Assembly: GCF_023055435.1 (NCBI RefSeq)
Contig: NW_025964334.1
Location: forward strand, 46,066,001 to 46,130,000
Direction: 5' to 3'
Source: Haliotis rufescens
Taxonomy: Eukaryota
Length of the DNA stretch: 64,000 nt
In this document: in pieces, positions 14,549-26,436 of the stretch
Position numbering within the stretch: position 1 is the first letter of the stretch
Layout of the letters: the number at the start of each line of letters is the position of its first letter
The notes under the pieces: model-generated
What the model was told of the DNA's origin: nothing
What the model saw: the letters and a program-made list of their open reading frames with translations, nothing else
Databases searched by the model: none
Program-made: the position numbers and the translations under genes

Positions 14549-14867
14549 CCGATGCCATACCTGTACAAGTCTAACGCCCGATGTCATACCTGTACAAGTC
14601 TAACGGCCGATGTCATACCTGTACAAGTCTAACGCCCGATGTCATACCTGTACAAGTCTAACGGCCGATGTCATACCTGTACAAGTCTAACGCCCGATGT
14701 CATACCTGTACAAGTCTAACGCCCGATGTCATACCTGTACAAGTCTAACGCCCGATGTCATACCTGTACAAGTCTAACGCCCGATGTCATACCTGTACAA
14801 GTCTAACGCCCGATGTCATACCTGTACAAGTCTAACGCCCGATGTCATACCTGTACAAGTCTAACGC
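14549..14867. repeat. 29-bp minisatellite, 11 copies
   Basis: Unit ccgatgtcatacctgtacaagtctaacgc, nearly identical copies. Confidence 0.97.
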
Positions 14868-15087
14868 AGGCACAACGACGATGACCGGCAACTGTTTTAC
14901 TTGGGTATTACATGATGGGGACTTGTTGATAGTTAAAGTTCATCCTAAAGTCGTATTATAGAAGGTATGTGTCAGTTGTGTGACACATTTAAATGGGTTG
15001 TATGAATACGTCATATCGACATGAAAGGAAAAAAGGTTTTACAGGTACCGTCTGCATACCATAGTACACTAACAGTTGATGCTTGTG

Positions 15088-15220
15088 TGTTAGTGAGTTA
15101 GCATTTAGTCACCATTATTCCAGCCATCGTCGGTGGACTTCGGGAAGGGCTTCACGCATTATGTCCATGTTGAGAATCGAACCAGAACCTTCGACGTGAC
15201 GAGCCAACTCTTTCACCACG
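15088..15220 (-). mobile_element. Degenerate tRNA-derived SINE (same family as 31355)
   Basis: Reverse B box (gagaatcgaacc), gggcttcacgcatt body and gtgagt-type tail. Confidence 0.7.
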
Positions 15221-15515
15221 GAGTGTCGTAGTTATATCCAGAAGATAAAACTATTCCCAATATACCGTCTTTGTTTATACGCACGCTCTCACAACGGATA
15301 CACGCATACACGCATACACGCACACACGCACACGCGCACCGCGCACCGCGCACCGCGCACAACGCACCACGCACCGCGCACACAAATATATACATATACT
15401 ACCGGGCAAAATAAAATACATGCATCCGTGTTTGGTGGTGGCTAAAAATGAAACAAATAAGAAATGGTTACTCGATGATAATGCATTTGATACGGGTATC
15501 ATAGTTCTGTTTTGG

Positions 15516-15786
15516 GGGGCACAGGTGGCCCAGTCGTCTGAGGCGCCGCGATTCGCTGTGCAGAGTTGCGTCCCTTGGGCACGCCAGAAACCTATGATTG
15601 TGGGTTCGAATTCCGGTTCGCCCCGATTGTGTTTCTAGGTTTGTCAACACCATACCCGTTCTCGTGGGTTTCACCAAAGTGGTAAACATCTGAGACCTGC
15701 ATCACTTCGGGCTTTCCTCCCACACTAAGCTGACACGCCGGATACTGGAATACTGTTAAAAGCGGCGTTAGACCCAACTCACTTAC
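15516..15786 (+). mobile_element. Full-length tRNA-derived SINE with V-domain-like core and 14-bp TSD
   Basis: A box TGGCCCAGTCG (15526), B box GGTTCGAATTCC (15603), core gtgggtttc...ggctttcctcccacac, tail aaaagcggcgttagacccaactcact. TSD tagttctgttttgg at 15502-15515 and 15787-15800. Homologous copy at 56309-56577. Confidence 0.9.
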
Positions 15787-18626
15787 TAGTTCTGTTTTGG
15801 TTCTTAACTTTGCAGTGTTTCGGCGACTGTTTTCAGCCTAATAACGTTTAGAAAACGATTGTAATGTTTTGGTCAGGTTCAATTAAGGGTATACTAATTT
15901 TGCCTGGCAGTTTATATATACTCCGTTTATGACCATATTCATTGCAACATCTGCTATATTCTCCTAAACCTTTAAGTAACAAACAACAATGAATAAATTG
16001 GGTTTTGGGTTGTTGTTTTTTAAAAAGATAGCTATTGTAGAGAACACACAATCCCTTTAGTCGAGGAAAACTCAAAAGAAATCGAATCTTTTAAATCGTT
16101 CACTGCAGGGTTTATGCTTATTGACAAAAGTTAATTTTAATGTACGAAGGTCTAAAGTCATTTCAATATTTGTCTCCTGTTTGATTTATGAACTAAACTG
16201 TATGTGCTTGTTTACCGGAGTGCGTTTGTCCACAGACCCCCAGCCGAGAGGCGCCAGCGAGACCCCGTCCGTCCCTTGAACCCACACCTGTCATATTATA
16301 ATTCATAATTTCATACCCCGAGACCTTCGTTTTAGTCTTTATAGAATTAAGCAATTCAAGAGAAATATTGACCACGAACTGTAATTCGTTGAATCACGAT
16401 TTGTGAATTTGGCCTCACGATAACAGGGGGGTCAGCTGGTGAAGATTTAGGTTATCTCTGGCTGTCGCGGTGGTTTATAGGATTGTTAGCTTTTAAATAT
16501 ATTAAACTTAACTTTCACTGGGATTCTAGCTATGTATAGGGAGAGTGTTTGATATAAGAAGATTTGTAGCACTGATATCAGATCGACACATACTGTAAGG
16601 ACTCTCTTTCTGACCAAATGTTTTATAGATTGTTTTGTTTGCCTTTTAAACGTGTGGTCTGTGGTCGAAAAGGAAATGAAACAATATGTTAACTTTATTT
16701 ATACAACATTCACATCATCGGTTTGCATTCTTACTTACCGACTTATATGAACCTTCTTTGAAATTGTTTTCTATTTATCTATTTACATTTATATTTCTAA
16801 TTCTAATTGGTGTTCAGTAGTGATTTTTGTGTTTCCTTTTGTCAACAAACTCGTTACGGCATTAATAAGATTTTACCTCAAAACATAAACAAGTCTTCGA
16901 CTTGGTTAGTAAATCAAAATATTATTACTTTGAGTTTTCCCCTAGTTTTTAATGCACTTTTGTTTTTAAAGCCCATATAAAAAGTGAAGAAAAGTCATTT
17001 TATCGTTTGTGTTACAGTTCCCCGCCCTGATTAAAGCAAGTCAACTTTACTTTGCCGCGTTATGGTATTCTCCCACCAAACGCGGCTCAATGTACATCGT
17101 TGTACGTATCGTGAACTTATATTGATATAGGAAGAGGAATAGCTAAAGTCTGATACAATTGCCACGGAAAGGCACCGGGTATATACATAGAGAGAATTAT
17201 CATTCCAGTTACGTACCACAGAATTTCACACGTTCTGTAACAATGGTATCTAACGATAATAAGTAGTAAGTGTGGTGGTATACGTATCTTACTTATTACC
17301 TACGTGAAATACTACTATATATTTAACTGCAAATACATAAGAATTTTCGTTCGTCCAACAGACCAAACCGAAACCGGTTACAAATCCAGTTATGCATGGA
17401 TATTGATATATGCCCAAATGTGAGAATTTTTGACATTTCGATGCATATGCATTAATAACGTATTCCTGCTATGATGTGGCATTAATGACAACGGCAATGC
17501 TCAAAATCTTTATTTGAGAATTTGTTTCAAACCGTGGTAATTCAAGCGCATAGTCGTTAATACGCAGAACACCCGTAAGAAATCTGTAGACGTCACACAG
17601 CACCGTTCTTTCAATGTCGGACCGAGCCAATCGGTCGGTCACTCGCCCTGCCAGTATCCAGCTGTGCAATCAATATTGTTCGGTGATCTTACAGCTGACT
17701 TTACATCATGTCCGTACCAATTTGGAAAAGGGAAATCAGTCCTGTTGCCAAAGAAGTTCGTGTTAGCTGGACGACTCGATACTGGATAAACGAAATCAAC
17801 AAACCCGAGTCTGCCTGGGTAGGTATAGTTAAGACGGTCATTTGTCCTGAAGTAACGCGACCTTGGAGACTGTTGCTATGTCCGCCAAGCTTTGGGATCC
17901 TGGGCGTTTAAAAAGAACCGGTCTGACCCCTTTGCATCAGAAACTGTAAATGTTGCATGAAAAAGAACCAGTAAGGTTCGAACTTATAAACAGAGTGACA
18001 ACTTTTGCATGGCCGCTACAATATTCATAGCGACATGTAGCCCGTAATCAGGTAGTGACACCTTAAATGAAGGGCAAGGTCACCATGCATGACAAAAGTG
18101 ACAAGCGTTTACGCAAGACATCAGTACAGATTGTTTTTGTTCACATTGCCAGAGCCACAAAATATGCTACGAAGGGGGCACCGGTGGCACAGCCTCAGCA
18201 TCCAACTAAGCCTAGATATCTGTTTGTATTAAGTTAAACAAGTAGAAAGTGGTCGGGTGCATCACAATGACCAGGAGACCGAGCTATCTGTAAAGAGTTA
18301 GTCTGGTTATTTTTTTAGGAATGAAAAATGTGCCAGTGGGACCTTTTATGTGTGACCTTAACAAGGTCACGGTTATCCAATCAGAAGGAATAAAACGAGG
18401 TCAACCTTGTATGATACACATGTGACGTAGTGATTTAGTATATCACCCCCTGTATTCTCCATCGTGGGTAGCAATATTAGTTATGATGTCTTAAGTTCCG
18501 TGTACAGTGTCATATTAGGTTGGCAGAAATATATTGGGCAGCTAAAGACACCATAACGAATTTATTTTGCCGAAAAGTTTACACGATCGGGTATCTTTAT
18601 CGCAGGTGATGTCGAAATAAAAACTT

Positions 18627-18748
18627 GACACTCACAGGTATACACGACACTCACATGGTATACACGACACTCACATGGTATACACGACACTCACATGGTA
18701 TACACGACACTCACATGGTATACACGACACTCACATGGTATACACGAC
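18627..18748. repeat. 20-bp tandem repeat, about 6 copies
   Basis: Unit tacacgacactcacatggta. Confidence 0.95.
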
Positions 18749-20174
18749 AGGACCAGTACATGTGTTTCCGCTTTAATGTAAACACAAACGTTTACAGTGG
18801 AATATATAATGCACGAAGTGTGAAGGTTTAAACACTTGTAGCTCAAATGGATAGAATTATCATAAAAATGTCCGCAAGTAATCAGAAATCTAGTGTATTT
18901 TGATAGCAGCCCCCTTTTGTCTACAACATACTACATTTGGTTGTCAAGGGGCGTTCCACGTTTATGTGAAATATGTGAGGCGGGTTTGGGAAAATCCAAG
19001 ATGGCTGTTACTGACGGTATACGGTCTCATATTAGGTCAGCAACAACCATGATGGATTTTTACTGACGTTGTAGGGCTCTTAGGGGAATCAGCAGGTATC
19101 TAAAGTTTACTCCAAAATTATAAGAGTGCAAACCGTCTCCCTAATGTATCCCTGATACCTGACACGGAAACCATGGAGACAAGTCCTTACAGATAATATT
19201 GTACATGAAACTTTTTAAAGATCGGACTTAGAAAATACATGTATGGTCGTATGAGGTTGATGAGTAATTGTGTCAGTGAAATAGTGCATTAACCAGAAAC
19301 CTTCAAAACATGCAGCTCTTATCAGAGACTATGCTCCCCAGTCTGGTGTAAGTATCCAATCTATAGTATACCTTTTAGTTATGAGGTGTGAAACTGTGAC
19401 ATTTTATTCATCTCATTGGTTGTTGATACATACACGGAAGGCCGGATATCAAACAAACAAACAAAATGACTGAAAGGAAGCGTAATTGTGAGATCTGCAA
19501 TTTGTCGGAGCCGAGGTTTCCCTTTACGAGATCAATCTATATTTCACAACGCGGAGGAAGGGGAGAATCTGACTTCCTAATAGATATTTAAACCATATTT
19601 TAAGGAAACATAATTATCTAAAAACTCAAAATCGTAAGTTAATCCTTGAGATTGTCTTCTTCATAAAGAACAAATGAAAATAAAACGTGACTACCGAGTG
19701 AGATCATTATCCAATGCAGAAAGAAAATTACAATTATTATGAGTTTTACAAACACATTACATTTTTCACGTTTTCTCGAACAGTACTTGGAAAGAACTAC
19801 ATGTATCTTAAATTTAAAAATGTTCCGCTTACTATTTTATGGAATAGGCACAAAGAATTATGTTTAGAGATTTCTGTTAAGTTCACTATTGATATTCATT
19901 TCCATGACATGATATTATTGTTATTGTGGGACAAGCCGAATTGGGGTAGAGTCATGCTTTTTCTTCTTCAAATTTAGTGGCTGAGTTGTTTGTTCTTCTT
20001 AAAAGATGAGATGGTTTTTACGACACATTTCAAATTCAACCTATGGTTAGAATGTTAAAATGTGTAGCAAAACTCAGTGTATGTTTTTCTTCAAATTGAC
20101 AGAAAACTGGTCAGTTCGACTTGTTTGTACTCACAACTACTGGGTGAATGTACTTTTCAATTACCAGATCAGTG

Positions 20175-20351
20175 GAACTTGAGTTTTCCCCTCTACAGCG
20201 TTTTGAAGATGTCGTTGATGTTGTAGGCGACAACCAAACCAAAAACTTTAGTGTTCTTGATTGTGCTAGTGGCTTTTGGCAAATACCACTCCATCCAGAC
20301 ACAAAACACAAGTCAGCCTTCATTACATCCTACGATGTTTTTGAATGGAAA
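20175..20351 (+). pseudogene. Ty3/Gypsy LTR-retrotransposon reverse transcriptase fragment
   Basis: Translates to FSVLDCASGFWQIPLHPDTKHKSAFITSYDVFEWK, matching the Gypsy RT motif FSxLDxxSGFWQIPLxxxxxxKTAFxTxxGxFEW. Isolated, no LTRs seen. Confidence 0.85.
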
Positions 20352-23239
20352 TGACCTCAAAATGCTCATTTCAACAAACCATTTCAGATGCCTTTTGACA
20401 ATGTACGTATTTTCCTTGACATTGGTCCTGTGCTGTTTTGGGGAACAAACAATGTTGGCTGGTAACGTTTCTTATGCTACCCTGTTTAGGTTATTGCAGT
20501 AATGCATTTGCTTTATTTTGCATTTTATTCCCAAGTAAGGGTAAACATCACAGCAAACAACTGTTATGGCCTCTTGAAATGTAAGATTTGAAATGATTAT
20601 TAATAAACAAGAGTTACAGGCATACTGTCTCTCATGGTCCTGTCTCTCTGTCAAAGATTATGGCTTTGCTCACCAAATACTCTGTATTAATGAGGATGGC
20701 CATATTGCGGACGAAACTTTTTATTGAGGCTGATTTTTTTTTTCAAGCAGATGTAGGCTGAGTTTTTTTATTTAAACACAATTAAGAGCTGGGTTTTATC
20801 AAAATCAGTGTCTAAAAACAAGTTGGCGTAATATATTAATGCGCACATTCCATGTTTAATGATAAAGAAGTTATCGCGGTTGAATGTTTGGAGGTGGTAA
20901 ATATCCACAACACACTCGTATGATAACGTCTGTACACCCTAATCACGAGAGATCATCTTTCAGGACCATTACAGGTTGCGTCAGAACGACCAGTCAGAGC
21001 GTCTCTTATGGGACCGCGAAAGTCAAAGTACGAATGTGTCATCTAAACTCGAAAATGTAAACCCCGGGCATTCCGATCTAAGCATCGCCCGTCTCTCGCT
21101 TCAGTGGGATAAACATTTACAATGGAAGTACTGCCGTACAATATCTGCGATTTTTAGTCATACTGGAATTTTCTTTTGTTAAGTTTTCAAATTTTGAATC
21201 GAGAATTGTGTTCAAAGTGTAGTCTAGAATGTAAGTCGCCATTTTGAAACTAGCACCATAAAACTCACTCTCCTACCCAGAGTTCCATGCGGCCAACATA
21301 TTACCTCTGCCACAGGCCAGCGCCGTGTGACGATTCGTCACATTTTACACAGTCCATTCAAGGTATTGCATATGTTTTTGTCTATTTCATTCTTGGCAAG
21401 CGTACAGATTTATATAAACGTAGGTAATAGAATGGTTAACTTTCATTGAGAAAAGATCCTCAAACGTGTGAAAATAAAACTAATTCTATATTCGTAGTTA
21501 TCCTTTGTTTACATTGGTTGTATGGCTCCACGTGCTGTCATCGAACGTAGAGCTAGCGATATGGTCACTTTTATGTATAAATATATATGTTGTCATGCAC
21601 CTCACTGTCGCAGTTGTAGCAGCATATCTATATAATTATGAAAAACAATATGTAAAGCGCCCCAAAGTACTTGCATTAGGCTTTTGCATTTTACAAACAA
21701 GATCAACTTCCGGTCATGTTGTATGCAAATTAGCCTGTTGCAGTGGTGTCATCAGTGCGCCGGAGTGTGCAGAAAACTCGAGAAAGCAGTTTCATGATTG
21801 GCTTATGTTGACTTCCTGTTTGTCATTGTTCACAAAGGATTGTTCTAACAAGACCTGTAATGACCTGCCCTCAGGTCTTTGTGTAGTGGTAACCAGATTT
21901 GATTTTAATCAGATTGTTGCAACATGAACTGGTACACGAGGAAATAGGAAGTAAAAACAATACCTACATAAATATATACCTTGAGCTGCCTTCACATTGT
22001 CTGTATCTAAAAGAATATATTCATATGTCGACTTTCAAAACCTCTGCTTATATACCAAAGTACCGGATCACCCTCTACCTGTCGATTGCTTTGGTGACTT
22101 CAACGTTCCAGGTGTCAACTTACCTTTGTGTCGTGACAATAATTATATCAGCAGCTGCAGCCTTTGTGTCTACATTTGACAACGTTTGAGGTACAATCTC
22201 TTTCTGTTTCTACGAAGATTTGTTTTATGAGAGTTACAGTATTCAAGACCTCACCAAAACCTTCAAAAGATTTTATGGTAGACATGTGGAGCACATTTCT
22301 ACATTTTGCGCATTAGTGTCAAAAATGATGCCTAATACAATTCCCTATTCTGACTTGCAATTGTACTAAACTGAACGACAAAAATAACTTTGCACCAGAT
22401 TGAAGTGACTGTAATTAATAAACTAAAAATAACAACAGTTTGAGGTAAAGTATATTTAATAAATCAACAATTCCACAAAGTATTGAACAACTCAAACTTG
22501 ACATTTTGTGGTTAAATATTGTACACAAGACAAACAAAATCAGTAGGAGTTGAAAATGCATTCCCCGAAAGTGGTCACAGACATAGAATTTGTATGCACA
22601 GACAGTCGACTGCGACCAGTTAACACCTAAGTTACTTCACTCAGCACTCCGTAAGCACAAAGGGACATCTGGACCATGTAATATATGAGAATGTATGAAT
22701 ATCAAACAAGTATAATCGACTAAAGATTCAGGCACTTTGACTGAGTAAGGCAATTCTAAAACTCCCCAAAAAGCTAGACAATTACGGGAAGGTTGGTTAT
22801 CCACGGATTACTAGTAAAACTGTAATTTAAACACTAGTTACTAAGTTACTAAGTTTAGCTCAATAGAACCAGGGTAAGTCAGTACTAGATCGAAATTGTC
22901 CGGTACTCACTTACCAACTAAACCTGAGTTTTGCGCGACCACCCAGTATAGCAAAGAGCATTAGACAAAAAACCTTGCAAGAAATAGTATGAATGTTTCG
23001 GGAGATCTTGAGAAAGTCATATTCATGTCCCCAAGTTCCCCCTTGTGCCATTTTCAAACTGTCCGCCAGTAGTTTGGCATTTGCGGATGAATATAAGGAG
23101 TTTCAGCGTCTCTATGATGCACTACTCACAGATGAGTAATTGTGTGATCTTGAGTACGAACCCTCCCAGGTCATGGTACTGTGCATGTTGTGGGTGGAAT
23201 TACATGTGTCATCACTCCAGGTCCTGAGGCAGTCCAGGC

Positions 23240-23900
23240 TCTCTCCCACGGTCTACCCAAAGGGTCATGATAGTTCCAGTGAAAGTATACAAAAACACCA
23301 CACGAAGATTCAAGTCTGTCAAGATTGGGCCTCTTGAACTTTCAAAGCCAAATGCACCCCTCCAGAAGTTAGCAAAATGCTTGGATAGTTTCTGGTTAGT
23401 AAGTTTCTCACTTCATATACCTGTGTCACGACGTCCATCACGGAGTGGCTTTATTCAGTGTGCTGTAAGGGGAGACAATCATAAAAAAGTAAAAGTCAGA
23501 TTCTACTATTGTAAACCAGGACTCATCCCAGCCTGATACCATCATTCGGCTTTGTGTTTTGCACAAAAGTTGGCTGAGTGGTATTCTCTTGGTGTTTGCC
23601 CTGTCACATTTGACCAGCCTCTCTACATCAAAGCAACCGAAATTGTGAAATACCCTTACCCAGAACTGAGCAAGATAGTAATTCGACTTGGAGGGTTTCA
23701 CTTACACATGTCGTATATGGGATCGATTGGATATATCAGGGGCGGAAGTGGCTTAGAAGATCTGTGGGCAACTGTCTATGCCCCATACAGTGTACTCGAT
23801 ATGATGACAGGTCATGCATATGCTCGTGTACTCCGTGAATATCTGCTATGAACAGCAGCAATCATGTCCACATGACAGAGTGAGTACCTCGGTGAGGTGG
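23240..23900 (+). pseudogene. Decayed DNA-transposon transposase fragment, Academ-like
   Basis: Frameshifted, stop-interrupted peptides LDSFWLV...PSRSGFIQ and CPVTFDQPLYIKATEIV...IVIRLGGFHLHMSYMGSIGYIRGGSGLEDLW...MMTGHAYAR. I recognise the TFDQPLY/RLGGFH/GSGL motifs from invertebrate Academ-type transposases; the family call is from memory. Confidence 0.6.
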
Positions 23901-24210
23901 ATCTCACTCGTCTCTTACACAAACACTGTTGAATGCCGAATGTACCACCGAGTCTAGGAACACCTGAATACCTCGGTGAGGTGGATCTCACTCGTCTCTT
24001 ACACAAACACTGTTGAATGCCGAATGTACCACCGAGTCTAGGAACACCTGAATACCTCGGTGAGGTGGATCTCACTCGTCTCTTACACAAACACTGTTGA
24101 ATGCCGAATGTACCACCGAGTCTAGGAACACCTGAATACCTCGGTGAGGTGGATCTCACTCGTCTCTTACACAAACACTGTTGAATGCCGAATGTACCAC
24201 CGAGTCCAGG
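23881..24210. repeat. 84-bp minisatellite, left arm (about 4 copies) of an array interrupted by the LINE
   Basis: Unit tgaatacctcggtgaggtggatctcactcgtctcttacacaaacactgttgaatgccgaatgtaccaccgagtctaggaacacc. Confidence 0.97.
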
Positions 24211-24776
24211 TAATTATCACGTTATCCTTTCATCCTTATTCACATACATCACTCTCACCGAATTAATCACAAAACCCCTAAATCCTTAAAACCATCAACA
24301 ACACTCAACTCTTATAAATAACCAACACCTTATCCTCCCCCATCTCCCTAACACAGCTCGCACTCATTTCTACTCGCTACCCACGCCCACCACTCAAACA
24401 CACCCTTTGACCCAACTCCTAAAAACAAAAAAACACCTAATCCCCCCTTCTCCTTAACACAACGCACGCTCTTTCCTACTCACCACCCACGCCCACCACT
24501 CACATACCTCCACTCCTTCGACTAAATATCTCCTAATCCCCGCTTTCCACTTGTCTCACCTAATCCCAGCCTTCCAGCAACAAAATAAATCTTTAATAAT
24601 TAATCCATTTCACAAACCTTCCTACTAAAACCAACAACAAATAACCACCGCAACCTCCTCCGCCTCCTAAACACAACTCACCAAGTAAAAACAACAAACC
24701 AACTCACCTCCCCAAAACACCACTCCCACTCCACCAACACTCACCACAACACACGCTCTCCAACTCTCCAAACAAC

Positions 24777-26417
24777 ATGACTGACACCCGCAACGCCACA
24801 CTCGCAGACATGCCAGCTCCTAACTCACCCACGCCTGCGGAAGCGCACAACACTTCCGGGAGGTCACTCGAAAACATCGTCCCGACCGAGTATGGCGAAA
24901 ACACGACACACACCACCCCCACCAAACCAGCTAACTCGCCACCTCAAAACACCAAAAAACGCAAACTCGACACATCCACTCCACCTCCATCGCCCACACC
25001 CTCCCCGGCCGCCTTCCTCACCACCTTCGCCCTCTACTTCTTCTCAGCAGGCTCAGGCACCACTCTCTCACTAGAACTTTCGGCAGATAAAATAGGACTT
25101 TGGTTTAAAAGAGAAAAAATAAATTACAACAATATTAAAAAAGCCAACAAAGGATACCAGATAATCTTCCCTAACCGAGAATCTTACAACGCAGCAAATA
25201 AAATAACTCAAATATTCCACGTCACAGTAATCAAACAAACACCTAATTGGCAACAATATACACGAGGCGTAATTAGGGTTAACCCAAGGGAAACAACTGA
25301 GGACTTACAATTATACTCTCTAGAAGCTAACATAAACCAAGACCAAAACCCTCAACCCCTAATCACCAGCACGCGTAGAATAACCTCAACTAGAAACGGA
25401 AAAACGGTCCCAACCTCCATTGTCATAATCAACTTCAAAAAGACCGCTAAATTCCCTGAAGCCCCCAAACACATATCCTTCGGAGCCCACACCAACTTAG
25501 AAGTCAAACCCTATATAAAGCAGGTTAAGCAATGTACAAAGTGCCTCAAATACAACCACACTGCCTCCCAATGCACATACCGTAAAACTAAATGTAAAAA
25601 ATGCGCACAAACAGACTGCCCAGGCACATGCACACCCTGGTGCATCCACTGCAAATCCACCCAACACACTTCACTCTCAAACCAATGCCCATACAGACAC
25701 ACACTCACCCAGCAGGCCAACAAACACATAAACATAGACACGGCTAAAATCCAAACACGAAAATTTGCTACACCTGCATCTAAACCACTCCTCCCTACAC
25801 CACACCCAAACACCATCCCACAAACAAACACCACACCCATAACCGACAGCTCTGTCTGGGGCCCCTACCGAGAAACCGCACCCACCTCACACATACAAGC
25901 AGCCACTCAACCAACCACGAACCCTCCCACATCTCACATAGCCAAAACATCAACCCCCGCATGCAAAACAAACCTCAAAATGACCACCACAACACGACCC
26001 TCATCCAAGCACCCTACAGCCCATATGGTAACAACGCTCTCCCACAAGCAAGCACAACAACAAAACACAAACACTAAGAAATCATCAGCTACACCCATCC
26101 CACAAACACCTTCACAATCCTCCACATCACATGCCTCCCCCATGGAAACTCAATCAGCTAAACCTAATCTAACCGATGACGAAGATTTCTCCACTACTGA
26201 GGAAACAATAGACACTACTCCAACTAAAACAAACCAAACTCCCCAACCAGCCAACACCCAAAACCTAAATAACCTCACCTTACTCCTAGCATACATGTAT
26301 AGTCAAAACTCACCAAAAGCTAGCATGAAATCCTTCTACAAAGTAGCATTCAATCTAAAATTAACCGATCTTCCCTTCTTCCTCTTTAACCTCCATCTAA
26401 AAGAACTCACCGAATAA
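24777..26417 (+). CDS. LINE ORF1, gag-like nucleic-acid-binding protein (546 aa)
   Basis: Zinc knuckles CTKCLKYNHTASQC, CKKCAQTDCPGTC and CIHCKSTQHTSLSNQC; basic NLS-like TKKRKL; Pro/Thr-rich tails; uninterrupted frame. Confidence 0.92.
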   Translation: MTDTRNATLADMPAPNSPTPAEAHNTSGRSLENIVPTEYGENTTHTTPTKPANSPPQNTKKRKLDTSTPPPSPTPSPAAFLTTFALYFFSAGSGTTLSLELSADKIGLWFKREKINYNNIKKANKGYQIIFPNRESYNAANKITQIFHVTVIKQTPNWQQYTRGVIRVNPRETTEDLQLYSLEANINQDQNPQPLITSTRRITSTRNGKTVPTSIVIINFKKTAKFPEAPKHISFGAHTNLEVKPYIKQVKQCTKCLKYNHTASQCTYRKTKCKKCAQTDCPGTCTPWCIHCKSTQHTSLSNQCPYRHTLTQQANKHINIDTAKIQTRKFATPASKPLLPTPHPNTIPQTNTTPITDSSVWGPYRETAPTSHIQAATQPTTNPPTSHIAKTSTPACKTNLKMTTTTRPSSKHPTAHMVTTLSHKQAQQQNTNTKKSSATPIPQTPSQSSTSHASPMETQSAKPNLTDDEDFSTTEETIDTTPTKTNQTPQPANTQNLNNLTLLLAYMYSQNSPKASMKSFYKVAFNLKLTDLPFFLFNLHLKELTE

Positions 26418-26436
26418 AATAAAAAATAAAAAATAA

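Noticed and set aside
17700-17940. Possible Crypton-like tyrosine recombinase remnant on the minus strand (LATGLISLFQIG)
   Set aside because: Too degenerate; catalytic motifs cannot be recovered by eye.
22225-22310. Peptide YSIQDLTKTFKRFYGRHVEH resembling a retroelement C-terminus
   Set aside because: Too short to assign without a database search.
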